Positions 20,001 to 31,007 of a stretch of 64,000 bases of DNA are shown here, piece by piece. Below the pieces are notes generated by a model. The model saw nothing but the letters and a program-made list of their open reading frames with translations. It had not been told where the DNA came from and did no database searches. The translations under genes were made by a program, and so were the position numbers. The stretch is from assembly GCF_018350175.1 (NCBI RefSeq), contig NC_058372.1:30380001-30444000 (forward strand), in the 5' to 3' direction. Position 1 is the stretch's first letter. Each line of letters starts with the position of its first letter. Source of the DNA: Felis catus. Lineage: Eukaryota.

Positions 20001-22839
20001 ACAGCAAACTGTTAACAGTGATTAAATTTATTCTTCATTCTTTAAAAAGAGAAACATTTTTTCACATCAGTTATCCTGTTTACATTAAAATATTTACCCA
20101 TAGTCCTGCCACACAGAGACCAGAATTTTTACACATTTCCTTCTAGTTATTTTTTTTAACCATAAGATTTGGCCTCTTTTTTTCACATGGTTGTGACTGG
20201 ATCCCATGTATGGTTTTATAGCCAGTTTTTTCCTCACACAGGCATCATTTTTAGTGGCTATTTAATATGCTGTACCAGATTTTACTTGCCCTGTTTTTTA
20301 GTTGGAGGCCTTACTCCTTAAAATCTATGAATTTTAAAACCTCCTATGGGAGTCTGAGCACCCACCCACCCTCCCGCGGCTGTGAACCCTAATGGGGAAT
20401 AAACAGTTGAAAGACAGGACCAGGTATTTGCTGAATGGGACAAGTTGGGAGGGCTTGTGACCAGTCACATCAGTAATAAGTACCCCCTTCCCTCATCCTG
20501 ATATGGTTTGGGCTGGGCGGCGCTCAGAGATGCACCAAGAGGTGATGGGTGGGGGGTGATGGGCCTTGGCCAGCCCAAGTTGGCCCATTCTGTTTTCCTG
20601 CCTTCCTGGCAGTGACAGGACAATCCTTCCCTTGTCCCATCCTTTTGTCAGGTGGCCAGTACTTCCCAGCACAAAATAAGGATTTAAGGACTGCTGGCCC
20701 ATTTCCTCCTGCCCTAGGGAGAGAAAGTAGGTCCATAGGAAGGGAGGGTACTTCACTCACCTTCCTCTGTCCCCGGAGTGAAGAGGTGCTTGGTGGCCAT
20801 GGTGGGTGGGCTTGACCAGGGGTAGAAGGCTGGGTTGGTAGTGAAGTGAGCAGCATGGCCTTCTGCTGATGCTAGAGTGGATGCAGTGAGGGCTCAGAAG
20901 AGGGGGGTTCAGGAATGTCAGTCCCTCTGCTGTTTACCCCCAGCCTCCTGTCAGCCAGCCCCTGGTGGGACCCTCTATGTCAGCCCTTTTCCCCTGCCCT
21001 AGGTCAGCAGTCATTTGGAACAACCTTGCTCTGTTCCTGGGAACATTTCCCTTTACTTCCCAATCCCCCTTCCAGTATGCCCCATATGAGGTTGGCTGAG
21101 AGAAATTCCCCTGAAAACACTTATTTTACTCAGTTCATTGAAAAGCATCGTAAGGGCCTCCTGAATGGCTCAGGTCAGTTAGACATCCTTCTCTCGGTTT
21201 GGGCTCGGGGCATGATCTCATGGTTTCATGAGATGGAGTCCCACATCAGGCTCTGCACTAACAGTGTGGCGCCTGCTTGGGATTCTCTCTCTCTCCCTCT
21301 CTCTCTACCCCTCCCCCAATCATGCTGTCTCTGTCTTTGTCAAAATGGGTAAATACTTTAAAAAAAAAAAAAAAGCCATGTACAAAGGCACCTCTTATTT
21401 ATTTGTATATCTATAATGGTACAGAGTAAAACATACAGGTATTTAACCAGTCTGAATTAGTTTTGGATGAGAAACACGGTAAGGGTTATAAAGTGACAGT
21501 ATTTTCAAACTAAAAACGAAGTACATAGTTAGAGGTTTTTGACATTGCCCAAGGTGGCTGGACGCAGACTAGAAAATGTCATTTAACATAGCAGAACTCC
21601 CAGGACACTGAAACAGTTTGTGGGAACATAGGTCATAATATTGTAAACTACCACACTTATCACGCATGTGGTAAACTATCAGTAGATATTTGTCGGTGAC
21701 CGTGATTTCCTAATGCCCAGGAGACTTCCATGTGGGCAACCCTTTCCGTTGCTCTAAGACCAAGGGAGGGAGTGACCAGCAGGATTCAAGATGGCAGCCT
21801 GCCAAGGAGTGGGAGTCCCAGCTAATTTCTGCTCACTGCTCTCCCACCAACAGCCTACACAGACTTCTTCCTGCCACTGCTGAGCCGCTGCCCCTCTGCT
21901 ATGGGAATAAAGAATAAGGATGGGGAGACCCCTGGGCAAATTCTGGGCTGGGGACCTCCCTGGGATTCTGCTGAAGAAGAGGAAGAAGACGAGGCCTCTA
22001 AGGAGCGGGAATGGAGGCAGAAGCTGCAGGGAGAACTGGAGGATGAGTGGCAGGAGGTCATCGGGAGGTTTGAAGGTAAGGAATCCATTCCCATCCATAG
22101 CTGCCCTTCTTCCCCTTGACTGCTTTTCCTGTACCCACCGCATGGGTGCTCCCACTGGCTTCCTGTGCCCCCTTTCTCTGAACCTCCCTGCCGCTCTTGC
22201 CTGTCACCTTTTCACAGCATCTCCCCAACCACCCCCATCCTGCCCTCCCAAACAGATGATGCTTCCCATGAGACCCAGGAACCCGAGTCCTTCTCAGCCT
22301 GGTCAGATCGCCTGGCCCGGGAACATGCCCAGAAGCAGCAGCAGCACGAGGCAGAGGGAGCCCGCCGACCCCCACGGGCTGAGGGCTCCGGTCACAACTG
22401 GCGACAGCAGGAGGAGGAGCAGCGGCTCTTCCGAGAGCGAGCCCGAGCCAAGGAGGAAGAACTGCGTGAGAGCCGAGCCAAGAGGGCACAGGAGGCTCGT
22501 GGGGACCGAGGGCCAGAGCCGGCCAGGGCTGGGCCCAGGGCAGAGCACCCAAGAGGAGCAGGGAGGGGCAGCCTCTGGCGNNNNNNNNNNNNNNNNNNNN
22601 NNNNNNNNNNNNNNNNNNNNNNNNNNNNNNNNNNNNNNNNNNNNNNNNNNNNNNNNNNNNNNNNNNNNNNNNNNNNNNNNNNNNNNNNNNNNNNNNNNNN
22701 NNNNNNNNNNNNNNNNNNNNNNNNNNNNNNNNNNNNNNNNNNNNNNNNNNNNNNNNNNNNNNNNNNNNNNNNNNNNNNNNNNNNAGCTGTGACGGCCCTT
22801 TCTCAAGCCCTGAATCGCCACGCAGAGGCCCTCAAGTGA
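14094..22839 (+). CDS. NFKBIL1: NF-kappa-B inhibitor-like protein 1 (IkBL), about 379 aa, ankyrin repeats
   Basis: Exons 14094-14150 (MSNPSPQVPEGEASTSVCR, weak donor GTAGAT), 14545-14821, 21854-22075, 22256-22839 (N run 22581-22784 inside) = 1140 nt, in frame, ending ALSQALNRHAEALK*. Confidence 0.97.
15070..15560. mobile_element. Cluster of MIR fragments in both orientations
   Basis: GGTTCAAATCCCAGCTCCAC...CCTGAGGCTTAGTTT (+) and CAGATGAGAAAACAGCACAGAGAAGTAAAATAACTTGCC (-). Confidence 0.7.
16757..16775 (+). promoter_or_regulatory. Candidate CTCF site in NFKBIL1 intron 2
   Basis: CAGCCACCAGGTGGCCTTC matches the CTCF core CCACCAGGTGGC; motif evidence only. Confidence 0.55.
17541..18034 (-). 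mobile_element. Two CanSINEs (about 17541-17745 and 17825-18034)
   Basis: Reverse-complement CanSINE heads and tails. Confidence 0.9.
18100..20050 (+). mobile_element. Old L1 (L1M-type) 3' fragment interrupted by CanSINEs at about 18366-18590, 18596-18795 and 19348-19455
   Basis: A-rich L1 ORF2/3'UTR motifs (CTTTGACTCAGAAATTCCACTTCCGAGAATCTACCC; CATAAAAAAGAATGAGGTAG) with + strand SINEs inserted. Confidence 0.7.
21156..21375 (+). mobile_element. CanSINE in NFKBIL1 intron 2
   Basis: GGGCCTCCTGAATGGCTCAGGTCAG head, (CT)n, A tail. Confidence 0.85.
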
Positions 22840-24999
22840 CCCCAGGGAAAGAGTGAGAAACTGCAGGGAGTGCAGCCTTAGAGGCAGGGCAGTAGTAAGG
22901 GGCAGGTCAGGGCGGGGGTGACGAGGAAGAGGCTGATGCTGCCCCGCGCGCAAAGGATATGGGGTGGGAGTGAAACTTGTAACCAGTGGGGGTGGGGAGG
23001 ATATGGGCCACCGCCACTGCTCCTTGACTCCTCCATTTCCTAATAAGACCTGGTTCCACATCTCACTCCCAGTGTCTCCTCTGCCTTTTTCCATTGCTGT
23101 GGTTTTCATCATACGTGACATCTCCTTTCCCACCCCGCCTGCCAAAACCCGCAGCTCCTACACACCTGCAACACGCACGCACACACTGAGCCGCGCTCTC
23201 AGCTGGAGGCAGGAAGGCCCTGCTTGCCCACCCCCATACCTAGGCAGCCCGGAGAAGACCCATGTTGCCCCCCAGTCTCACTCCCCTCCCTGCACTGGGC
23301 TCCTCTACTCTGCAGGCAGTGACTGGAGAAATAGATGTGAACAGAGGCAAAAAAGGGAACAAAACCAGTTTCCCTCCTCTCCCCAGTTCCCCGGGGCAGA
23401 ACCACATCCTCCTCCCCACTTAACACCCCCTTCCCCCGGCACAGGGCTTTCCCTTTGCTGAGTCACTGAACGTTCTGAGTTGGGGGCAGCTGGAGCTGGG
23501 GGCCATGAGGAGATTGTGGGAGGACGGGATAGAAGCAGAACGGACAGAGGAAGAGCCCTGTGGGGGAGTGGAATTTCGGTTGCTAAAATTAGGAGCCGGG
23601 GAGGGAGGTGGAAAGAGCCAAATTATGTAACCTGGGTTGTCTGCTCTTGGGCAACCAGGGATCCACACCCAAGGCTATCTCCCCTCTAGCTCCTCAGTCC
23701 ATCTCTCTACCTCCAGGGCCCCAATCCTCCTCTCTACCCAGCTTCTGCCCCCACCCCAGACCCGGGCTTCATCTCTGGGCAATCCAGGCTTGGCTTTCCG
23801 GATAGGTATCTTTTCCTGAAGTTGAGAAAAAGGTCCTGGGGGTTGGAGGGAGAGGAAGCTGTTGACAGTACCAAAGCCCAGTTCCATTCCCCAGGACACA
23901 ACAGGGAACTCCGTGAAAGGAAGAGACAGTACAGGCATGCGCTGGCGTGTACAGTCTGCACAGGTCTACCGCAGAGAATCTTACAGGTCAGAAACCTATT
24001 TTTCAGATCTGGAGGCCCCATGTACTCGGGAGAGTCCCAGGCGTGGAGGTGGAGGGGAAGCCCGTGGAAGCAGGGGCACACGGGGTGGGCGCAAGACCCT
24101 GGGAGAAGACAGCTCAGAGACCCAAGGCCTCGCAGGGACCAGGCAACTGTTCATGGAGCAGGAGGAGGAAGGGCTGGTGAGAAAGATCCTGTGAGAGGAA
24201 GCTGCTGTGATTCAGAGAAGAGCCGGCGAGCTGTGAGCAACCCAGGCGTCCGGTTCCTCTCACAGGCCGGAGGTTTCGGAAGTGGCATGCAAAGAGCCCA
24301 TGTTTGTTGTCGGGGGGGAGTTGGGGTTAGGATCCGAAGCTGGGGCTTGACAGGTAAGCAATAGAAACTTCTGGTGTCCAAATTTGCTCTTCCAGGAGAT
24401 TTTTCTCTGGTTTTCAAGTCATTTCCCCTCTGCCAGAGTTACGTAAAACCAAAGCAAGATAAGCCCTGATACCTGGCCCCCCAAACCTCCTTCTTTTCAA
24501 CGTCCCTCCCTGGTGTCTGGCCCCCGGCCCTGTTGGGGGTTCCCCTGAGATGAGGGCTGTTCACTTTCTCTGACCACAGGGTTTCCGCTTCTGTGTCTCT
24601 TGCTTCCTAGGTTGATAAAAATACTGAGCCCTAGAGGCCTTGGCTTCCTCTGACCCCCTGGGGCCAGGCAGCAGGCATCCTGTCCACTGTGATGGGGGCA
24701 GGGAGGGAGGCCCAGGGGTCCCCAAGGGATGACTCAGTGCCTCCCGTGAAACACTGGGGAGGTGTGAGTGTATCTGCTCTCGAGAGCTGGAAGGAGGAAT
24801 CAGTTCTCAGTGAAGGATGATGCATTGGGGTTCAGTTAGAAAAACGGGATTAGGGAACAAGACTAGCAAGATAAAAGAGTGTCAGTTGGGGACTTGGGGT
24901 TGCAGCAGGTTTGGGTTAAGTTAGGAAAAGGGTTTGGGAGGGACTCTATTCAGTGTAGTTCAACTGAGCATCAGGTAGCCGAAAGAAACCCAACCTACT

Positions 25000-27900
25000 T
25001 CAATATAAGTCCCACAGGGGAGGCAGGCCCACACCTAACTGTGACTCAGGGCAGGGTGCTGAGTAAATCTTATAAGACATGGTGGATACAGAAAGGGGAA
25101 GGCGCATTCCATCCTAAAGCATGGGGGCGGCGGACTCTGAGCAGGAAAAGGGCATTTGAGCTGGTGCTGGTGAATAGGTACAATTTCTATGGGTGGGGAA
25201 GGCTCTGTAGATAAGTGAAATGGCTTCAGCTTAGGCCAGGAGTCAAAAAAACGGCGTATTGAGGAAAAAGATGAATGTCGTGAGGTAGACGAAGTACAGG
25301 TGTGAGTGTGCACATGTTGAAGAAAGGACCACAGAAGGCCAAGGTGAAGGATTTGGGCCTTCATCCTGTGTGCCATAGTGACAGCTGTGCAGAAGAGAGA
25401 GAGCAGGAGAGTGCTGCAGGGGTTACAGACAAAGAGTAAAGAAGAAAACAACTATCATTCGGTGAACACCTGCCATGTTCCTAACATGAGTAATTCTGCC
25501 AAAACGGTTCAGAAGGTGGGTGGTGGATCTCTATTATAAAGAAGAAACCAAGGGCTCATAAACGTACTGAACTTCCAAAAAGTAGTGCAATTAGCACGAA
25601 GCTCATCTTACTCTGAAACTTGTGTACTTTCACTTAGGCCCCAGTAACAATGGCATTAAAGGAGAAAACAGATCTTAGAAACTTGAAAGGGTAAGTCATT
25701 AGCACAAGACAACTCCTGGGATGGTGGGACTGAGGGAAGAGGAATCTTAGGTGACTCTGAGTTTTGAGCCTAGGGGATTAGAAAGATGATGCCTTCCGCC
25801 TAAAAGGAGACACCTGGCTGAGGGAAAAGATAAGGAATTCAGTTTCAGACATCGAATCAATAATTTCTTTTTTGAGAGAGAATCCCAAGCCGACTCCACA
25901 CCTAGCACAGAGCCCAACGCGGGGCTCGAGCTTACGACTGTGAGATCATGACCTGAGCTGAAATCAAGAGTTGTACACTTAACTAAGAAGCCCGGTGCCC
26001 CTAATCAATAAAATTTTATTAAGTGCCAGATAGGATCAGGGTACTCTGCAAAACAAAGGGTGTTTTTTTATTTAAAAAAAAATTTTTTTAATGTTTATTT
26101 TTGAGAGAGACAGAGACAGAATGTGAGTGGGGGAGGGGCAGAGAGACAGGGAGGCACAGAATCTGAAGCAGGCTCCAGGCTGTGAGCTGTCAGCACAGAG
26201 CCCGATGTGGGGCTTGAACTCACGAGCCATGAGATGACCTGAGCCAAAATCGGACACTCAACCTACTGAGCCACCCAGGCGCCCCCAAAGGGTTTAAATG
26301 AAATAAACTCACTGCTTTCACTGAACTTACACTCTAATAAAATAAACAATATGTAAGTAACAACTACAGGTAATTACCCTAAGTAATGCTTAGAGTAATA
26401 AAGTGCTCAAAGGCGGCCTGCTGAATTTGAGATGCTAACATAACACTCAGGTTGGAGACTTCCGGCAAGCAGGTCTGGAGCTCAAGAGAAAAGTTTGAGC
26501 TGGAGGGGTAGATTTGAGCATCATTCCCTTCCTAGCGGAGATTGAGCCCCTGAGTGGACAGGATCCCCGAGAGAGGGTAACCAGAAGAGACCCTGAAGAT
26601 GGTAGGCGCAAGAAGAATCAATAAAGAGGGGAGGTGGGGAAAGAGGAGTAGGGCAAGGGAGGGGTGTGCCAAGCAGAGACAGGGCACCCACATCTAATCC
26701 TTCAAAGAGGTCTAGTAGGGGAAGGTTGAAAAGATACTTTGGGTTCAGGAACTAGACAATTACAAATTTTGAGAAAACAGTTTCCACTTACCAAAGGGGC
26801 AGAAATCACTTTACATAGGTTGAGGAATGAGTGGGAGGTGAGGAAAGGGAGGTGGTAGGTACAAAGTCATAGAATGGTGAATGTGGAAGATAACTAAGAA
26901 TCATCTCTGCTTCAACCCACGAATTTTACAGATAAGGAAAATTTTACCAGTTCCCAAAAAAAGTGGGCAAAGGGGCTAGTCTCTGGAGACATCACACAGA
27001 AAAAGAAAGAGAGATGGGATGGACATTTGAGGGAAAAACAGAGTCCAGGGAAGGATTTTCTTATTTACAAGAAATTACAATATTACAAAAACATGTTTGT
27101 AAAATGCAAGCAAGGTGCATGAAGAGAGAAAGATACTAAAGATGTAAGCAGGGAAAGAATATAGTAAAGACAGAGGAAGTGGAATACACAGTGCAAAGGA
27201 TCAGCCTTGGACAGGAGAGTCCTTCTCTGAGTCAGAAGAAAAGAACGATGAAATGTAAATAAAGTGAAGGAAAAGAAGGACGTGAAGAGATCCAGCTTGG
27301 TGGGCCTTGAGCACAATAAAATAGATGATAGTATCACCAACTGAAAGTAAAGAGGTCAAGAGGCACGGATTTTTAGAACAACGCCTGCAGGGGTATAACA
27401 GGGAATCAAGAAAGGATTAAGAAACACTGAGGGCTTTCTGAGATTAGATGGCCAGGATTAGCAGACGGCCCCTTTTGGTGACATGACTCCCTCCTGCGGT
27501 GTTTGGCAGCCCAGGAGAAGCCCCCAAGAATGAAACAATTGAGTTTACCCAAGTCAAGTTTTTCAAGGTCATCTTGGTAGAACACCAAGTGATTCTTAAG
27601 TGCTGGTGAAAGTAGTTGAAATTTTTGACCATGCAGTGCAAGTTAAACCAAATGGACAAGGAAAACAAGGAAAGAAGAGGGATTGGAAGTCTTAGAATGG
27701 AGAACTAATTTGATGGGAGGGAAGAGTTGGGGTTGTGAAAGCGGAGTGGTCGTGATGAGAGGGAGAATTCAGAGTTCAAGATCTCAAAGATGTAGCCCTT
27801 CCAAGTGAGGCTGAGGTTTGAGAGACAACCTTGCTCGTGGATGCCTAAAGTAGGGAAAGAGGCTGGAGAGCTGTTGTAATTGAGAGTTGAAGCACTGAGA

Positions 27901-28480
27901 GGACAGAGCATGAGACTCATCTGTGTGGTTTTGAACTCTCTAAAGATGTTGGTGGGGATGAGATACGAAGAAAAACTGAGCTAGATATAAAGATGTTAAG
28001 AGTGTGATAAAGATGTTGGTGGAGAAGACTGTGCTGTGCAGATAGAGCATGGCAAATGCGAAAGGCATGGGCTTCAAGAGAAGAAAAGGAGGTTATCAGT
28101 GGTGCAGAATCATGGTCTCTCCTCTGCTCCCTGCCTCCTAGTGATTGGGTAGAAGAAAGAGCAGACTTCACCACAAAAGAGAAGGAGCATCATTAGGGTA
28201 AATACTGCCAGAGGAAGACTCTTTCAAAAATGAAACAGAATTAGAATATTTAGGGAATTCCACAGAATACTGTGAAATTGATTGGTAGAAGTGTCCTTGT
28301 GGTGTAAGGAATCTAATCCAGGGAGGTTAGATCCCAGTGAGAGTTCAGGAGAAGACGACAAAGTCTGGAGGGGTTTGCTTCTGGAAACAGGAGGTAGGTC
28401 CCTGCTTCTGGAATTTAAAATGGAAGGTACATAACATTTATTATGAGGGGGAAAACATAAATACCTTGAAGGGGGTGTTA
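25000..28480 (-). mobile_element. Degenerate L2 LINE, with CanSINEs at about 25866-26001 and 26070-26286
   Basis: Purine-rich reverse-strand L2 signature such as GGTCTGGAGCTCAAGAGAAAAGTTTGAGCTGGAGGGGTAGATTTGAGCATCATT. Confidence 0.55.
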
Positions 28481-28519
28481 AGAGGATGCACAAGACAAGG
28501 TATCCCTACCAGTTCCGTG

Positions 28520-29965
28520 GCATTAAATGCCATCTTCATGCTGATGACTCCCAGCATTGTCTCTCTAGTTCTGACCTTGCCTCTGAAATCCAGACTCCTT
28601 TGTCACTGCCAAGTGACATCTCCACGTGGATGTCTGCCCCAAAGATTTAGACTTAACCTATTCAGAATTGAACTTTTGGTTCTCCCATCCCATCAGAATC
28701 CACTTCTGTCTCTCCATCTTCCACCCCCACTCCCCTGCCATCCAATTTATCATCTAGTCCTGGCAATTCTACCCCTGAAACATATCCCAAATGTATCTAC
28801 TTCTCTCCATTTTCATGGCTGCCACCATCTTCTCTCCTGCTATTGCTGCGATTGCCTCCTAACTGGTGTCCACGCTTTCACTCTTTACTCCTACAATCCA
28901 GTCTAGACACAGGATCTTTTAAAAACATAAGTCCAGGGCTGCCTGGGTGGCTCAGTCAGCTAAGTGTTAGACTCTTGATTTCAGCTCAGATCATGATCTC
29001 ACAGTGATGAGATCAAGCCCCTCAACAAGCCCCACGTAGGGGCACCATGCCTCGCGTGGAAACTGCTTGAGATTCTCTCTCCCTCTTCACTCTCTCTCTC
29101 TGCCCCTCCCCTGCTCAGGTGACTGCACGTGCAAGCTGGCTCTCTCTCAAAAACATTTTTGTAATAAAACTTAAAAAATTAAAAATAAAAATATAAATCC
29201 AATCACCTCTGCCTCCCTCCTCCTCCTCCTCCACATCCCCTATTCCCCCCTTCCCCTGCTAATACACACACACACATACACACTGACACCTTCCAAAGGC
29301 TTCCCATGGTTGAATAAAAGCCAGATGCTTTATTTCCCTTTGCATGGCCCTGTGTGATCTGGCTCCTGCCTCCTCTCTCTGACCTCATCCCCCACTGCTT
29401 CCCACTCTCTCTCTGCTCCAGCCACACCGGCTTCCTTTCTGTTCCTCAACACCCCCAGCTCATTTCTACCTTCCAGCCTTTGCAATAGGCTATTCCCTTT
29501 GCCTGGAATGCTTCTCCCCTAAACCTTCACCTGGTCACTTTTACTTGTAATTTGGGTCTCAGCTTAAATGCCACTTACTTAGGACTTTCCTGACCACTGT
29601 GTCTCAAGTAGTCCTCTGCCATTCATCACATGCCCTGTATTATTTCCTCATAGCACTACTTACTGACTTCTTCAGTATTATTTCCTTTCTGCCTTGCTAG
29701 GATGTCCAATTTGTTTGTCACCATATTCCTACTACCTAGAACAGTGCCCAGCACATAATGAAAACTTTTTAAAAGTTTATTTATTTTGAGAAAGAGAGAC
29801 CAAGCGGGGGAGGGGCAGAGAGAGAGGAAGAGAGAGAATCCCAAGCAGCCTCCACGCTGTCAGCACAGAGCCCAACTCAGGGCTTGAACTCACAAACCGT
29901 GAGATCATGACCTGAGCCAAAATCAAGAGTCAGATGCCTAACCAACTGAGCCACCCAGGGGCCCC
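28520..29965 (+). mobile_element. L2 3' end, with CanSINEs at about 28937-29192 (+) and 29766-29965 (-)
   Basis: ATGCTGATGACTCCCAG...CCTAGAACAGTGCCCAGCACATA matches the L2a 3' end. Confidence 0.75.
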
Positions 29966-31007
29966 AATGAAAATTTCTTAAATGGAGGGATGGATAAATA
30001 ATGGGGTGAAACAGGAGAAAGCTCAACTTCAGGTCTGTGGCTTCGACTGGACTTACCTTTAGAGTCAGGTTTAACTATAGGGTCAGGTATGGAGATGAGT
30101 AGATTTCAAGATTTAGCTATAGGAAACAAGGTTACGTTAGTTTAGAGGCTAAGTTTACTTTCAGGTTCATTTATTGGGATGTGTTTAGATTTGAGGTTAG
30201 GGTTGAGTTTGGGTTGCAATTTGGGTTGAGGTTAAATTTGAGTAACGGTCAAACTTATTAAGTCTCAACTTAGGTGGTTAGGCTAAGTCCAAGTTTGAAG
30301 CTAACGTCATTTCAGCTTCATTTGGAGGCCTCAGAGATTTCACTAGTTTCTCCACAGAGCCCACTGTAGAGACTGTATTTCCCTGAGTTTGGGGCACAAG
30401 ACTCTAGTCATCACCCCTCCCACCCAGGGAAAGCCCCAAACCAACTGCTGGCCTCCCCAAGAAAGAAACCGAATTTCACACAACCTCCGAAACTGAGATT
30501 GAAACCAAGATTGGCCCATCGCAAGGAGCGCCCTTCAGCACATCACAAATGCCCGTGACACTGAGCCTCAGCCCAGTTCTTGTCCTTCCTTCCTCTCTGT
30601 CTCTCATGTCTCCCCATCACTCCTTCTCACCTTCCCCTTTTTATCCCTCAATGCCCCAGTCTTCCTCTCTGACCTGTTTCTCCCTTTCTCAGTTTCTCAT
30701 CATTAATTGCAACATTGTTTTATATTTTAATATAAATGAGGTCTCTTAGTCCATTGGCTCCTACCATCGGAGAGGCAGAAGGAGACAAGAAGAAAAAGGA
30801 ACGCAGAGGAAAAGGGACACAGAGAAAAGGAAAAGAGCAGGGACCAAGAGGGAAACCAACAGGGACATAAGAGAGAATAGGTTAAAAGAATAAGAACCAG
30901 CCAACATATTGACGAGATATTTAAAAGGAGCATCTGTGGCTTCTCTTCCTCCATCACATCTGGTCAGCCACCAAGACCTGCAGATTTTGCCTCAAAAACT
31001 CTCCTCC

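Noticed and set aside
22211-22218. Upstream TTCACAG acceptor before NFKBIL1 exon 4
   Set aside because: It is 38 nt upstream of the true acceptor and so out of frame; there is no supporting evidence.
22303-23145. 280-aa ORF antisense to NFKBIL1 exon 4, and similar shadow ORFs over LTB exon 4 and the TNF 5' region
   Set aside because: They are GC-rich antisense or alternate frames, some extended artificially by N runs, with no recognisable domain.
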